A stretch of 18,629 bases of DNA from Octopus sinensis (taxonomy: Eukaryota), in contig NW_021824440.1 of NCBI RefSeq assembly GCF_006345805.1, forward strand, positions 1 to 18,629. The letters are read 5' to 3'. The translations under genes were made by a program, and so were the position numbers. Positions 18,169 to 18,629 of this stretch are shown here, piece by piece. Positions within the stretch are counted from its first letter, which is position 1; each line of letters starts with the position of its first letter. The notes beneath the pieces are model-generated. The model was not told the origin of the DNA. It searched no databases and saw only the letters and a program-made list of their open reading frames with translations.

Positions 18169-18629
18169 TAGGCGCAGACGTGGTTGTGGTGCTTATGGAT
18201 ATTGCTTTTGCAAACTAGTTGTTTCTGGTTCAGTCCCTCCACGCAGCACCTTAGCATCTGCCTTCTAACTATAGAGCCACAGGTCGACCGATGGATCATG
18301 CTTTGTGAATGAATTAGAAAACGAAACTACGTGAAGCCCTTTTTGTGTATATATATACAGTCGCCTTGATGGATAGTTAGCCACTACACACATTTCTTTC
18401 TTCCTTGTTTTTTCTGTTTCCTCCTCTCTGTAGAAGAGCGTAGGCTCGAAACGTAAAAGACTTTTTTCTATTCCTAGCGTTTATACTATACATCTGTTTG
18501 TTTTAATACCACCTTTCCTTCGTCTTTTTTTTTTTTCGTAAACTTCCCTATATATATATATATATACAACTTTCACTCTCTATCAAGCTGGTGCTTTGTG
18601 TTATCCTCTAACATAATTATGAATTTTAT
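18169..18629 (+). mobile_element. Old type A SINE, apparently interrupted at its internal (TA)n by a second element
   Basis: taggcgcagacgtggttgtggt...ggttcagtccctccacgcagcaccttagca...aactatag...acgaaact...gaagccc. Weak resumption of type A similarity after ~18567 (gctggtg...tcctctaacata). Confidence 0.65.
18359..18548 (+). mobile_element. Probable Penelope-like element 3' terminal fragment with a hammerhead-like motif
   Basis: CTGTAGAA-GAGC-GTAG-GCTC-GAAA-CGTA at 18428-18455, then a T-rich tail ending in (TA)n. (TA)n flanks both sides. Confidence 0.5.

Overview
Eukaryotic, AT-rich, repeat-saturated DNA, almost certainly an octopus (Octopus sp.) intron or intergenic region. This is inferred from the very dense compound microsatellites and tRNA-headed SINE families I recognise from octopus; no database was checked. 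No intact, recognisable protein-coding gene is present, and nearly all ORF-track entries are microsatellite or antisense artefacts. What is supportable: (1) a dead but full-length Tc3-like (Tc1 family) transposon at ~1566-3101 with Sleeping-Beauty/Minos-type IR/DR ends; (2) directly abutting it, a foldback mariner (3106-3998) whose right end is an inverted copy of its own 5' ~275 bp; (3) about 20 SINE copies of five modular types (my labels A-E), several TSD-confirmed, including mosaics and head-to-tail arrays; (4) a 20-bp degenerate minisatellite; (5) a tRNA-Gly-like pseudogene; (6) a Penelope-type hammerhead-like motif; (7) a CAATTG motif cluster; (8) weak, speculative minus-strand exon candidates (MGNKC...). 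I see no evidence strong enough to claim a new biological system. The foldback mariner, SINE module swapping and the hammerhead-like fragment are the best leads.
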